This document shows, piece by piece, positions 12,843-26,550 of a DNA stretch of 64,000 bases. The position numbers and the translations under genes are program-made. The DNA lies in the NCBI RefSeq assembly GCF_009914755.1, contig NC_060928.1; one strand, given 5' to 3'. Under the pieces are notes generated by a model. That model searched no databases, was not told the DNA's origin, and saw only the letters and a list, made by a program, of their open reading frames with translations. Position 1 is the stretch's first letter. Each line of letters opens with the position of its first letter. This DNA is from the human T2T-CHM13v2.0 reference genome, Homo sapiens.

Positions 12843-14939
12843 GGCAGTCATGTGGCAAAGCTTATATTCAGCGTATGGGAAAATTGACTCCATCTCTTTA
12901 GTGAGAAAACTGCAAAAGCATAAGACAAAGGGCAAATATAAACATAGAGCTTAAGTTTTTGGTGATCAATCAAAAATGTAATAAACCACAAGTCAGTCCC
13001 CAGCCATAATGACTCAGAAAACTTCCATGTAGAAAACATGCTCATTTCTCGCCTTGATCCCTCCTCACATTTCATTCAGTTACATCAAATTCATAATTCA
13101 GGATCTTCTGATCAACCTCAAATCCACGTATGTGGTTCCTTTTGTGTAGCTCCTTATATTCTGCAGAATTTTTGATGAAAGAGGGATGTTATCTGGACCC
13201 CCCCCACCACCTGTAACTTCAGTGGTGCAAAAGAAAGATAACTACCTGATGCATTTATTGTAGAAAATTTTACTAATTTTCTACTCAAGAATGAGAACAA
13301 CGGCCATATAGCTGTCACTGTCTCAATGGTATTCTGAAATCTAGCTTGGAAAATGTTGGCAGATATTCCGAATTTTGGAATATTTTATTTAGGACTTAAT
13401 TATAATAATTGAGAGTAGACCTACAAATCATTTTCCTCCACATTTCTTGGTTCTGGTTTTTTGGACATTCATTTTATTTTTATTCTTCTCCTTAACTACT
13501 TCTGAAAGGACACTGGAAAATTTGTGACTTAATCAACTTTTACATTCTCCTTTCTGCCTATAGAAAGATACGGCAGAGAGCTTTTGTTTTTGCATTTTGA
13601 GCAACATCAGTCCATTTAAATCCAGGCTGGAGGCATTTTTGACAATTAAACTCCCTTAGAAACTTTGCGGGTTTCCAATAAAATTGACTTCATTCAACAC
13701 CATTAACCAAAATCCACTCCTACAATTCCCTAACAAATATGCTACTCTTCCTAGATACATGATCACTTTGCCCATAATAAGCTGCTATATCACAATGTTC
13801 TCTAGATTTTTGAAACTGAGATAGTATCCTATGCATTGCATATCTGAGATGGTATCTACCTTAATTAATTCACAAGTCTTTTACTGCCATACCCTTTATT
13901 TTAAATGCAATTGCATTCTATATTTTCTTTTGAGAAGCTTTTGCTCTCTGGAATGTTTGGAGATTACATTTTCATATCTAACATATCAAGTTCTCTTTGC
14001 TTTATAAATTCTGTAAATTCATCTCTGTATGTTCTAGTACAGCTTATCATATGTAGCTTTTACGGGCCAACTGACCCTTTCAACATTCCATTAGAAATAT
14101 GTTTTGTTTTGGTCCTAACCAACTGTTCACTAGGTATATTTTTCTATATTCTAATTTAATGCACATGATTGTTCTATGGTCATTTCACTACTACCCAACA
14201 CAGGCTGTAATGTTTCTGGTCTTCAGTAATTTTCTTACCATTTTCTAGCCTTTCCTATCAATTTTCTTGCTAGTTTTTTTTCAGCTCTGTCCACTGTCAA
14301 GTACTAAAACCAGTACATATTTTAAATTTTGTTATGATATCACTCCTCTTCTGATACCAGTTTCTGTATCAGTTATCTGTTTTATATAATAATGTTTCTA
14401 AATGCAGTGGCTTAACAAGTGAACATATTATTCTTTATCTGTCTACAAGTGGGCTGAGTGGTGATTGTATTCATTTCTCAGTTCACTACCACAATCCTAG
14501 TCAGCAGCATGTAGGTTAGTTTATTGATCTTGGCTGTTCTCTCACTCCCACTCTCTTGCCTCCTTCTTTGGAAGCTGTCTGACTATTGGCTGGACTATTA
14601 CAGTCTTAGTTTGGACAACTTATCTCTTCCCATGTGTTTCTTTTAGCCACATGTTTCTAAATTCTTTCCAGAAGGATAGTTTGGGCATATTCTTCTGACT
14701 ATCACAGACAAGCAAAAGAGAAATCCAAAACCCACAAACACTTCATCAAGGTTTTATTTATGTTAAAGCTGCTAACATTATTTTTGGCTAAGACAATTAA
14801 TAGCAGTAAGCCCAAATTTAGGGCTGGGAAAATATACTCGAACAAATTAGTTAAATGAATTTCACAGTCACAGCAAAGGACATGGATACTGGTGGAAATG
14901 CACAGTTGAGGTTACCAATACAATCATTCAATTATACAC

Positions 14940-15745
14940 CTTTGCCATTATAAAATATACATCTCTTTCTTTCTTAATGCTATTTGTTTTACCTTAAAAT
15001 TGAATTTTCATGATATTAATGTATATAGATAAATTTTTTGTTATGTTATTTTTCACTCAATTTCAATATTTCTGAATACAACTGTAATTTTTAAGACAAC
15101 AAATTGCTTTTTTTAAGGCCAATAATCTTAGTGTTTTATGTAGCATATTTAATCCATTTATATTTATTGGTATTGCTGATATCTCACTTTTTATTTTCTC
15201 TTTGACCTACCTCTTCTGTGTTCTTTTTATTCCATTTTTGATTTAATTAATTTTGTCTTATTAATTTCTTACTATGCTTCTACCTTTTCCTATAGATATT
15301 ACAGCATGCATTTTGATGTATTATGGAGTTTAAAACAAACGAATATTTTGACCATTCTCACAATACCGTTAGCATCTTTAAAACTGTTAAGCTCTATCAA
15401 CTCCGCACCCACCTCTTGCATTTCATGAACATGTATATCAATGTACATATTTTGGCCATCATAGGAAACTGTAATAATTATTTATTAACATGAATAGTAA
15501 TTTATATTTATATAGTTACTCTTTTCAGTGCTTTTTATTCCTTTTTACATTTTTACATTTCTATGTGGAATAGTTTTCTTTCTAATTGAAACACATATTT
15601 TAGTTTTTTCTTTTTAATATATTCCTGCTGGCAACAAATACTCTCAAACTTTTCTGAAAATATTTTTATTTATTTTCTTTTATTTATTCCTTGAATCTTT
15701 GTTTTTCTTGGAACACCATTGTTTCCCCTTCATTTTTGAAAAGAA
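14940..15745 (-). mobile_element. Ancient L1M fragments
   Basis: ATTTAATCCATTTATATTTA and CTGCTGGCAACAAATACTCTCA resemble the reverse L1 ORF1/ORF2 boundary region. Confidence 0.5.
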
Positions 15746-16247
15746 TTAAAAAGTACAGTGAGTTCTCATTTATTCTGAGGGGACCTATTTTCTTCCTACA
15801 GGATACCTATCTAGTCAACTACCTTTTTAATTTTAGTGATAATTTGTTCATTTGAGGTATTACGTGGCACCCAATAATTAAGTAGTGAAAATAAAATACC
15901 ATAGCAACAAAATTAGGTTAAAAAATGTTTAAAAATTGAAGTGTTTGCCTAAACTTGTAGAGAAAGGTATCATCTTTACAAACTTTTTGAGTCATTTTTT
16001 TCTTTCAGTTTACTGACAGTTAAATATCATAGTTGCCTCCATTGTAAGTATCATATCATTATACATAATTTTTGGAAGGGGTATTTCTGAAGCTCTATGG
16101 TAATAAATTGCATGTTTTGTGATCATGTCCACTTGATATGTTCATAAAAGTTACAGATACTCTTGCCATAAATACATTTAAATATCAAATTTTATACATA
16201 CACAGAAAATTGTGTATACATTTTCAGTGAGTTCACATATCTAACTA

Positions 16248-16598
<351 letters not shown>

Positions 16599-17479
16599 CT
16601 ACCAATTATTCAACTACTCATTGTTCTGTAGCACATTTACTCAATTAAATAAACTACAAGAGTGTAATTTAATAGATATAATTTTTTCTTTTAGGAATAA
16701 TCTCTATATATTTTCTCTATATAATTACAGAAGTAATTATTGTTTTATTAAAGTATTTTCAACATTTATGAAAAATATTAATGCATATTGACATGGTAGA
16801 AAAGTTATGTTTTGTTGCATTATTTAAAAAATTAAATTATTTTCTCTATTTTGGGGCATACAATTTATAGATGCCTAAAAATGTTGCACGTTTAAAAAAA
16901 AGACAAAGGTTATTGAATAAGTGGAAAACCAAAACACAGATCCATTAGACATATAGTAAATAAACATCTTATAGCTTTTACATCAACAGAAATTACAATT
17001 GTGCTGCTTTTCTGTTAGATGGGGACAGATTTCTATGGCATACTTGCTACATTTTCACCTAACATTTTCTTTGATCAATATTCATCATTTAATAGAATAC
17101 TTTACATGAATCTTCACTTTATTATACTGTTCTTTTACCAAGTTATTAGCACTTTGGAAGAATAGTGTTGTTAATTTTGCTTTCGGAATCTCCTACAATT
17201 AGAGAACATAGCATAACTCTTTTTACAGGTTAATCAACCAAAACGTTATCTAGGTAAGATCAGTTATGAAATTAGGACTGTACATTCCTGAATTCAAATC
17301 CAATGACTAGCCCACCGTATTTCTACCATGATTCTTAGCAATAATAACATAAAGACTTCATTAAAACACATAAAAAGACAAATGAAAAAACACACCAAAG
17401 AAGCCCCAACACCATCAAAAGGAGGTTGGTTAATTCTGATTGATAGGTTCAAACAGCCTTTGCACACAATTTTCCCAAA

Positions 17480-17826
17480 TAAAAAAGTCCAAAGTCTTTA
17501 AGACTTGCAAAGCCCTTGATTGCTTCTCTGGTATCCTTGTCATTAACCCCTTCTTTTCCACCATCCGCACTAACATTTTACTCTGCAGTTATAGTTGTTT
17601 TTAGGTTTCAAAAGTTTAATGTTTGTTATCTCTTTCTATTGCTTTCCCAATATTACTCTTCTCTTACCCATAAAGTAGCAATAAACTCACTGTATTTTGT
17701 GTTTTTCATTTTCTTCATAACTCCTACAAACTACATACTGAGTGAAGGAGAAACCATGTCACTTTTGCTTGTCATTGTATCTCCAATGTTCAGAACAGTA
17801 ATGGGTATATATTTGTTGAATAAATA
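17480..17826 (+). mobile_element. L2 3' fragment
   Basis: GAAGGAGAAACCATGTC...ATTGTATCTCCAATG...AGAACAGT...ATATTTGTTGAATAAAT matches the L2 3' end pattern. Confidence 0.6.
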
Positions 17827-18874
17827 ACATAAACATACTGCTAGTGAGTCTGATATTTCCAATCTAGAGCATTAATATAGCTATGTAAATAAGTTTCCCT
17901 CATTGATTTCAGTGCCTTTATATTTAGAAACTACAACGATTCTGCTAGAGAGAAAAAAAATTACTTGTACTAAAACACACATTTTCATAGAAATTCTCTA
18001 GGATCCTCTCTCAGAAAAACATCTATTAAACATTGGATGCTATTTTCCATTAATGCTATTTTAGGAGTGATAGACTTTAGAAAAATTTCTAGAGTAACAG
18101 AACATATTATTATATGTAGTAGCCTCTACATTATTTAAGTATTTGATACAACTGATAGAACAATTTGAATATCATGTTTAAGAGGGTTTAAATGTCTATT
18201 CATATAATGTTCTAATGCTAAAGGCTAAGAAGATCTGGTTGCTAAACCAACTGAGAGCAGTATTATCTTGAAATATATATCAGTTTTATAGCAGCATAAG
18301 GTCAGACTCTAGCTATGATAACTTTTTCTCTAGTGATCCATTGAGGGCAGTGTAAGGGTTTTATGATGATATCTTCATTCTCCGTCAATCACTCCATTTT
18401 AAACCTAGATCTTTGGATATTTGCTAACAAGATTTCTTTACAATTAGAATCACACTTTAAGATTCTGTTGTGACAAATATCTTAAATATAAATATTTGTA
18501 GGATAGTACTCTTGTAATCTAATGTGGTTTTGTACCCGAAGTCTTCTAAATAACTTAATTTTCTATGTAACCATAGTATTAATATAACAACTCTGTACTA
18601 CAGTAATAGCCTTTTAAAAATATTCAAAATATTTCATGCCTGTAGAGGGAACAAATAAAAATATATTCAAATTAATATCCTGTTGTGATCATTGTAATGA
18701 ACATACTTAAACCTTTGCTTCATGACTCAGGTTCATCATTTTGCTTAGTGATTTTACTTTTCTCTAGAGTATGTGTAAGTGCTGTGAACTCAGCATAATC
18801 TTGGGTTTATCTCTTCCTAAATAAATTTCACCTACAGCCATGATTTAATTAATGTGCCACCACATTATTATTAT

Positions 18875-18897
18875 TGTGTGTGTGTGTGTGTGTGTGT
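18875..18897. repeat. (TG)n microsatellite
   Basis: About 11 TG units read directly. Confidence 0.95.
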
Positions 18898-20522
18898 ATG
18901 TCTGGGGGAATTGCCTTTTCTAAAAACAGTGTAATGCACATTCTTTAACTCTAACAAAACTGGTCTCCATATATAAAGAATACAACATCGGTGGTATTCT
19001 GAAGAAAGGCTAGAGCAGTATAGTCAAAATGCAATGCAGGATACATTGAAGTGTCCAAAGAATAAGGCAGGTGGGGCATCTTTATGAAACTGTTACCAAT
19101 CAGAAGATGAGCACAGAGTGGAGTCTGTGTCAGAGAGGTAGTCCTGAAACAGGGCTTTAAATGTTGTGGTTAAGAAGATAATATGTATCTCAACATTTCA
19201 AAATCAGGTTTACATAAGCTACTAAATATTCACCAGGGACAGTTTATCCTTAAACCATAAATCTATGCCAAGTATAGTTCATAAAACTGCTATGGGGAAG
19301 TTCTCATTTGTCTCCACAATGTATTCTGAGAAACCTTACTGTACAGCAGATTGTTATAAAAATTTTATATTTTCTCATAGGAACAATGTTATAATTTGAT
19401 GTTATATGGTAGACCAAGCATTTAATAAATCATAGACATGACTGAAAATATGTCTGAAAGTAACATACAACTACGAATTTGTGCAATAATTTTAAATGAT
19501 AAAATTATGCTTGGTGTTCTGTTCAATGAACATAAACGTACTATATACTCTGATAATTCACAGGCCCCAGTGAATCATAAAATGAAAGCAGAATATATAA
19601 AAATACAATTCTGCTACATTATAAATTTGACCTATCATAAGATTAATTTAATTTTCCTCTGTGATTTTGTATATTGTTTTCTCTAAGGACCTCCTCATTC
19701 TATTACTACACCCCCATACACAACTGAAATAGTTCCTATATTCAATGTAAATTTTAATACTCAAATCCATCCCACTTACAGTATGATTAAATGTTGAAAC
19801 TGAGAAGCATCTCAGACCAAAGTGTGGAAAAGATCAGATGGTTATTTGGAAACCCTATTTCTAAATGGTAGAGGGTGTGCCTGAGCTACTACTGACATAC
19901 GTTTGTATGGATGTTTTGTTTGTTTTTGTTTTGTTGTATTTTTGGAAGTCAATTGTATAAAGGAAAAAAATTACTCTTTGAGCAATTAAAAAACACGTGG
20001 AAGAATCTCCATAACTCTTTCTCTCTGTTATGTTCAAGGAGGTGTCATTTCAGATACTGTGCAAATGTATTTATTCCAGGCCTTAAGTATATTTCTTTAA
20101 AATTTTGGTCAATATGCTCTTACTGTTTTTTTTAGCTGTTTTTATCTATAGTATCTTCAGTATTTTCTGACATCAGCTATTCCCAGTCTCTTATATCTTT
20201 AATTTTATCTTGCTGAGGCAATTTGGCTAATAAGCATGTTCAAATTTCACCTGTGTCCCAATGTAAACACACACACATACACACAGAAAAACAACAACAA
20301 AAAAATTTTAAGAACTCTTACCTTTTCCCAGACATCAGTTTCTGTGTTTATAACAAACCTTCAAAGGATGTCTGTGCACGCTGCCGCTGCCTCTGCTTCC
20401 CATTCTCATGACGGTGGAGCTTCCTCCCCTCTGCTTTCTGGCTTTCTCAAATGTTTTTTAAAGTAAGTAGCTGACAAAGTCAATCAGCCTTTGCCATTCC
20501 TCCTCTTTTTCTCCTCTGGAAC

Positions 20523-21000
20523 ATGTGACACTGTCAACACTTCCTGGAAATCCTGCACTCTCTCACGATGTGCTCTTGTACTCCTCCTGCTTTTACTGCT
20601 GTCTTCTCAGCTTTTTCCTACTCCCTAACACAGTTTTTGCTCTAATATTCTGCACTTGTTTATCTTTTCCAGCACAGTTATCTTCACCAATCTTATTTAT
20701 GCACAGCGTTTTTCGTTTCTTCACAGAGAAAGTTTCCCAATTGTCCATCCGTTTGCTGACTTCTCCAGGACTCACATTCCGTAATACCTGCTGGGAATTC
20801 TGAGCTGGTTATCTCCCCAGAAGTTTTCTGCCCTAGATAAGCTACTTGCTTTCTTCCCGTTTTATCAGTTTCAAACCTAACTGCTCTCTAAAATTCAGGT
20901 GCGATATCAACCCGGCTGTGAAATACCCCAGTTTCAATAAATGCTCCTTCACTTGTGCTGCTTTCTACCTACATTTAGAACCTCTCACATCTATTCTTAC
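20523..21000 (+). mobile_element. L2 internal fragment
   Basis: ATGTGACACTGTCAACAC-TTCCTGGAAATCCTG...CTCCTCCTGC resembles the pyrimidine-rich L2 RT region. Confidence 0.45.
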
Positions 21001-21123
21001 ATTTGTTTACTAAATGTGTTCTTATCACTACAACAGTATTTTCAAATTTACTGAAGGAAAAGAAACAATTCCGAAACAGCAAAGTTATTAAATATTCAGT
21101 TAGAAACTATTTTGGTAATATGC

Positions 21124-21189
21124 ATATCTATATCTATATCTATATCTATATCTATATCTATATCTATATCTGTGTGTGTGTCTCTCTCT

Positions 21190-21229
<40 letters not shown>
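21124..21229. repeat. Compound microsatellite (ATATCT)8 (TG)5 (TC)6 (TG)18
   Basis: Read directly. Confidence 0.95.
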
Positions 21230-21231
<2 letters not shown>

Positions 21232-22069
21232 AAAGTTAGACTTATTTCCAGGATTTTTTTATTAGAATTTGTGAAAATGCTAACAGTGTTAAAATACAGT
21301 GACCTTAAAAGCTAACAATATGACAAGGTTGGCTTCATTTTTAGAAGTAGGTACACTGTCTCCAAAGGGTTTTATTTACTACAGATATTTGGTCTGTATA
21401 TTTAGTGCTGAATTGTATGATTCTAAACATTAAAATGTAAGCAGCACATTTAACATAAAAAGGAAACCAGCTCTAGGTGAGATACATGTGTCACAGAGAT
21501 TCTCAGTTATTAATGTTGCTACAAAATTTCCATTCTAATAGCACCACAAGAATCCAGGTATGCATAAGGCAGTCTCCATTAAGAATCAGTAGCAATCTTA
21601 TGTTGCAAAACATAGGGTGTCTTTAGTTTTAATATGTTAATTTTTATCTCAATTCTGTGATATCACTTCAGTGTGGAGAAAACTGAAAAAATACACATCA
21701 GGTTCACTGCTGATTAAAAGCTTTTATTTACATTTTTACCTGATTTTTCATTCTAACCTAATATGCTAATTCATTAAATAAACTTCATATTATCATATTG
21801 TGAATTATTATCAGTAGCCCAGATGGAATCTTCATGTGAATTCAAGATAAAGGCATCCTATCTCAATATGCTTTACTTCCAACTGTCATACTGATTTCGT
21901 TGGAACATACATGTCATTGCTATCTATCAAATAATTGTTGCAACAAATATATAAATACATTATATTTGTGAATGAATGGCAGCTCCTTAAACTGTGGCAT
22001 GCTTGTGTAATACACGACCCCCACAACAGTGTGTGCTGTGTGTACAGGCCATGGACTGTGCTACGGTTT

Positions 22070-22175
22070 GCAGATTAAATGTCCCTGAGCTTCAGTTACC
22101 TAATTTCTTAAATGAGAATGGCACCTATCTCATGACTTTTTGTAAGCATATGGAAAGGTATTACAACGTGAAGTA
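22070..22175 (+). mobile_element. MIR fragment
   Basis: CCCTGAGCTTCAGTTACCTAATTTCTTAAATGAGAAT...CACCTATCTCATG. Confidence 0.6.
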
Positions 22176-22287
22176 TAAAATCATTATTCAATAAATCTGT
22201 TTTCTGTGTGTGTGTTATTTTTTAACCTATACTTCAGAACACACTGAAGATTACTTTCTCTAAGAATGGTGTCCTGATGCTCTCGGC

Positions 22288-22516
22288 CAGGGGTCAGTAC
22301 GTTTTTTTCCTATAAGCTACCACATAGTAAATACATTAGGCTTTGCAGGCCGTCTGTTCTCTGTTACGACTACTCAACCATTGTGTTATAAAAGAAGCTG
22401 TAGATAAGACAGCATGCAAATGAATGATCGTGATTGTGTTCTAATAAAATTTAATTTACACACACAAACAAAAATAGACTGTATGATTTGGTCCACAGGT
22501 TATAGTTACTGACTCG
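22288..22516 (+). mobile_element. MER58A (hAT-Charlie MITE)
   Basis: CAGGGGTCAG start, ATAGTAAATACATTAGGCTTTGCAGGCC, TGTGTTCTAATAAAA, GATTTGGTCCACAGG. Confidence 0.85.
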
Positions 22517-22669
22517 TCATGCCAGCCCACACTATCTCATTTTCAATTTTCAATTTTTAGGCTTTGATTCAGAAAAAAAGTTTCAAAGTAAGGAACATTA
22601 ATTTTCTCTTAAATCTCAGTTTGTGCCTATATTAAGGCTGAAGTTAGAGAAAGCTTATTTGCTGAAGGC

Positions 22670-22784
22670 CTCTTTTTCTTGACTGTATGTATCTCTGAAG
22701 TTTTTTACTTTCCTTTTTCCTTTTCTCTTTTTCTTGACTGTATGTATCTCTGAAGTTTTTTATTTTCCTTTTTCCTTTTCTCTT
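22670..22784. repeat. 55-bp tandem duplication
   Basis: GACTGTATGTATCTCTGAAG at 22681 and 22736; one mismatch between copies. Confidence 0.95.
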
Positions 22785-23659
22785 GTCTAAACTGATGTTT
22801 TTCTTCCCTTCTTTTGGGAAGAAAATACTTTTTTTTTCTATTGACGTTCATTATTTAGGCATTATTCCATTTTTTTTCACTTTTTTTCTCATAAGTATAT
22901 GTTTATAAATCTACTTTATGTAAGCAACTTTATTTTCTAAAGTTATATACTTTTTTAATTAAATAAAATGCTCAAGGCAGCCTTTCTCATATTCTGGGGT
23001 GCCCAGCATCTATGTCATACCTTTTGTGGCCTTTCAAAATTCCTATATTCTGATAGTCTATCTCCTTATGAATTTTTGCTCAAGTGAAATTATCAACCCT
23101 ATTAATGGTCAGAGCTATTGTTCTACAAGTCACCATTAACTCGAGTTTGAGGCCTGAAGCAATCTGTGAAAGAAGGCCTTGGAACAATGCAGTTGTTCTA
23201 CCGTGTATCACAGAAAAGCTAATTTAGCTTTCATAATGAAAACAAGTATCAGTGTCCTGAAGTTTCCCAGCCCTGGGCAGGGATGCGTATTCAACTCCAT
23301 CAATGTGAAAATAAAAGTTATTTTGCTATTTTTAATAGCGTCTATTACTCAAAGAGTATTTACTGCTTCTTATTCTTCCTTCAGAGCTGGTTTATTTATT
23401 TCAGTCTTATTCTTGCTATAGAGAATCTAACTAACTTTTTTTTAAAAAAGAAAACTGAAGTCAAACCAATAATCTTCAAAGACATATGAAACTACTGTAT
23501 GCCAAGCAGTGTGGCATCAAGTACAACCTATTTTAAAAGTTAAGAAGAAACATAATGAAAGATTTGAATGTACCACCTACACTATATTATTGATTATGTT
23601 AACCCAAAGTACATACTATGTAGCTAGTTAAGTATTACAACTTTGTTTTAAAAGAAAAG

Positions 23660-23962
23660 GGTCAGGCGCGGTGGCTCACGCCTGTAGTCCCAGCACTTTG
23701 GGAGGCCGAGGTGGGTGGATCATGAGGTCAGGAGATCGAGACCATCCTGGCTAACACGGTGAAACCCCATCTCTACTAAAAATACAAAAAAAAAAAATTA
23801 GCCGGGTGTGGTGGCGGGTGCCTGTAGTCCCAGCTATTCAGGAGGCTGAGGCAGGAGAATGGTGTGTACCCGGGAGGCGGAGCTTGCAGTGAGCCGAGAT
23901 TGTGCCACTGCACTCTAGCCTAGGTGACAAAGCAAGACTCCATCTCAAAAAAAAAAAAAAAA
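23660..23962 (+). mobile_element. AluY
   Basis: GAGATCGAGACCATCCTGGCTAACACGGTG, GGAGCTTGCAGTGAGCCGAG, A tail. Confidence 0.96.
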
Positions 23963-24244
23963 GGCAATACACTAAATATGAATTTAAGTAAAATTCAAAG
24001 CAGAATATTCTTTTATTAGAATTTCCACCAATACACTCAAAGGAATTCAAAGACTCATGACCACAAAACAAGTTTGCATTAATTATCACGGTGTGATATC
24101 AGTATTTTTAAATATATACATGCCCACTTATGATAGGGTTATGTTCCAGTAAACCCAAGCTAAGTTGAAAATATCATAAAGTTGAAAATTCATTTAATAC
24201 ATCTAATATACCAAACACCATAGTTTAGCCTAGACTACTTAAAC

Positions 24245-25409
24245 AGGAAATTTTTCTTGTCCTGTTTGCAGGCTTTCCAACAAGGGTGTCTCACTTACTC
24301 AGCCGGCAGCTCTCAACCCCTTATGGGAGAGTAAGCGCGCAGGTGAGTGTGTGCAGGAGCCGGAGCAGTGCTTTTGGGTGCTGGCAGGAGCAAAACTCTG
24401 TGTGGTGCCCAACAGCAGCTTCTGGGGGGAGTTCCTATGACCCCCGAAGCCCCAGAGGGTGTGTGTTACAGTGCTCTTTTAGCTTTGCCATCCACAGATG
24501 GCTTAAGTGTTAAACAGCTCAGTGGGCCCTCTGCCTTTTCATAAGGGCAGAGGGTCAGTGTGGCAGTCTTTAGTGTCTGCACCTGTGGCACCTGAACTCT
24601 TGTTCAGCATCCAGGAAAAATCAGGTCATATGAATGAATTGAAGGGTGGTGAATACAGAGGATTTCATTGCTGATGAAAGTGGCTCTCAGCGGGAAGGGG
24701 AGCTGGAAAGGGGATGGAGCAGGAAGGTGATCTTCCCCTGGAGTCCAGCCATCCAGGCCAAACTCCACTCCAAAGCAACACTGTTAAGCTGTCCCTCTGA
24801 AGTCAAGTTGCTTCTCTCCAACGTCCAACCACAGTTCTGATGTCCAGCTGCCTCTCCTCTTCTCCCCTCCTCTTCTCCCCTCCTCTGCTCTCTGACAGTT
24901 GGGTCAGGGATTTTTTTTTTTTTTTTGAGATGGAGTCTTGCTCTGTCATCCAGGCTGGAGTGCAGTGGCACAATCTTGGCTCACTGCAACCTCTGGCTCC
25001 TGGGTTCAAGCGATTCTCCTGCCTTAGCCTCCTGACTGACTGGGATTACAGGTGCACACCACTATACCTGGCTAATATTTTTATATTTTTAGTAGAGACA
25101 GGGTTTCACCATGTTGGCCAGGCTGTCTTTTTTTCCTGACCTCAAGTGATCCGCCTGCCTTAGCCTCTCAAAGTGCTTCAATTACAGGCATGAGCCACTG
25201 CATCTGTCCCCTGGGTCAGGGTTTTTATGGGTACAGGATGAGGGGAAGGGCAGGCCATGGGTAGTTTTGGAAAAGGCAACATTCTAGCAGGAAAATAGGA
25301 ATGCATGTTCTCACTCTGGGCCACAGGTCGAGGCTTGAGGATAGGACTTTGCCAGGGACCCCATGCTTTTCGCCTAGAATTTCTCTGCCTCCTTTCCCTA
25401 TTGCTACCA
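24245..25409 (-). mobile_element. ERV1 solo LTR (MER52/LTR27/LTR28-like)
   Basis: Minus strand starts TGGTAG..GGAGGCAGAGAAATTCTAGG..GTCCCTGGCAAAG..CTCAAGCC with CCTGTACCCATAAAAACCC TATA region; TAAAC present on both flanks. Confidence 0.75.
24911..25209 (-). mobile_element. AluS inside the ERV1 LTR
   Basis: Reverse Alu; TSD TGGGTCAGGG on both sides. Confidence 0.95.
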
Positions 25410-26421
25410 TAAACGTGCTGAGAACACTTACTTTAGTCTACAACTGGGAAAAATCATCTAACACAAAGCTATTTTATAAAAAAGTGTTGAATATCTCATG
25501 TAATTTATTGAAAACTGTACTGAAAGTGAAAAACAGAATGGTTGTTTGGGTACTCAAAATACAATTTCTATTGAATATGGATCATTTTTGCACCATCTTA
25601 AAGTCAACAACGATTAACTTGAGGACCATCTGTATGGATTAAGATATACATAACCTTGGTTTAGAATCATTTTCATGCTCTACTACTCTACTCCTACTTT
25701 TTGTTTTCTCTGAGTGGGTATTATTCCAGACCATGTCATAGACCTGCTCAGCTCAGTGTTTCCCCCTTTCATGGATTACACTCAATTATAGCAAAAATTT
25801 GTTCCCACATTTGTAAAAAGTACAGCTTTTTGATTAATTCCCAGGTAAATAAAAATTGCAAAATACATGCAAAAGAAAAACAGGAATTGAAAACAGTACC
25901 TGGAAAAATTCTAAGTTACCTGCAATCGCTATCTACAGATAAAAATATGATAATAAATTTTATTTTTTTGTATTAACTTCTCTGAAATGAGTGAGTATTA
26001 ATCTTAGAAAACATAATCACAATCTTCTATGATAAAAATTTCTTTCAGCTCTGAGTCTATAAATATCAACTAAATGCATGGAAGTACTGTAATTTCTAGA
26101 AGGGGCTCACAAATGTTGATCCTATTCAGGAACTTTTGGGTCTTCCCAAGTTCTAGCGGGAAATATTTAGCTGTTGTTACTGTGCCTAGAACTAGTTGAG
26201 GATAGTCTGAAACTCAGGCATTTGACTGCAAGAAACTTCTAGCAGCTCTTTCCACAAAGACATTTTATCATTGGCTTTGGAATTAATTGTTATAGTGTGA
26301 GGACCGTAGGGATGCAAATGTAAAGTCACTTTCACTTTCAGGGACTAACTAAAGTTCTGTTACCAAAGAACAAAAAGTTACCCATTTTGCTTGTAACTGA
26401 AATAATATAACCATATCCAAT

Positions 26422-26550
26422 ATATTTATTCATTGTACAGGTAATTATTAGGCACCCAATATGTCTCAGGCATCGTTTAGGCAGTTGAGATACGTCAGTT
26501 AAAGAGAAAGAAAATGCATAAGAAACCCTTTATTGAAGGCTACACAATCC
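26422..26550 (-). mobile_element. L2 3' end
   Basis: TTTATTCATT...TTATTAGGCACCCAATATGTCTCAGGCATCGTTTAGGCAGTTGAGATAC. Confidence 0.7.

Larger units (their letters stand above)
11343..14938 (-). mobile_element. MLT1 (I/J-like) MaLR element: LTR (11343-12990, interrupted), internal (~12991-14364), LTR (14365-14938)
   Basis: Two related LTRs starting TG..CAGTTATC and sharing CTGCTAA(T/C)AT...TT(A/G)GC(C/T)AA; int/LTR junction CTCTTCTGATACCAGTTTC|TGT at 14364. Confidence 0.65.
24119..25632 (+). mobile_element. MER47A (Tigger-family MITE) split by an LTR
   Basis: Left half CTTATGATAGGGTTA...AAGTTGAAAATATC...AGCCTAGACTACTTAAAC; right half TAAACGTGCTGAGAACACTTAC...GACCATCTG|TA. Confidence 0.85.

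Noticed and set aside
21003-21315. ORFs with IYIYIY, ISISIS and CVCVCV runs
   Set aside because: Microsatellite translations
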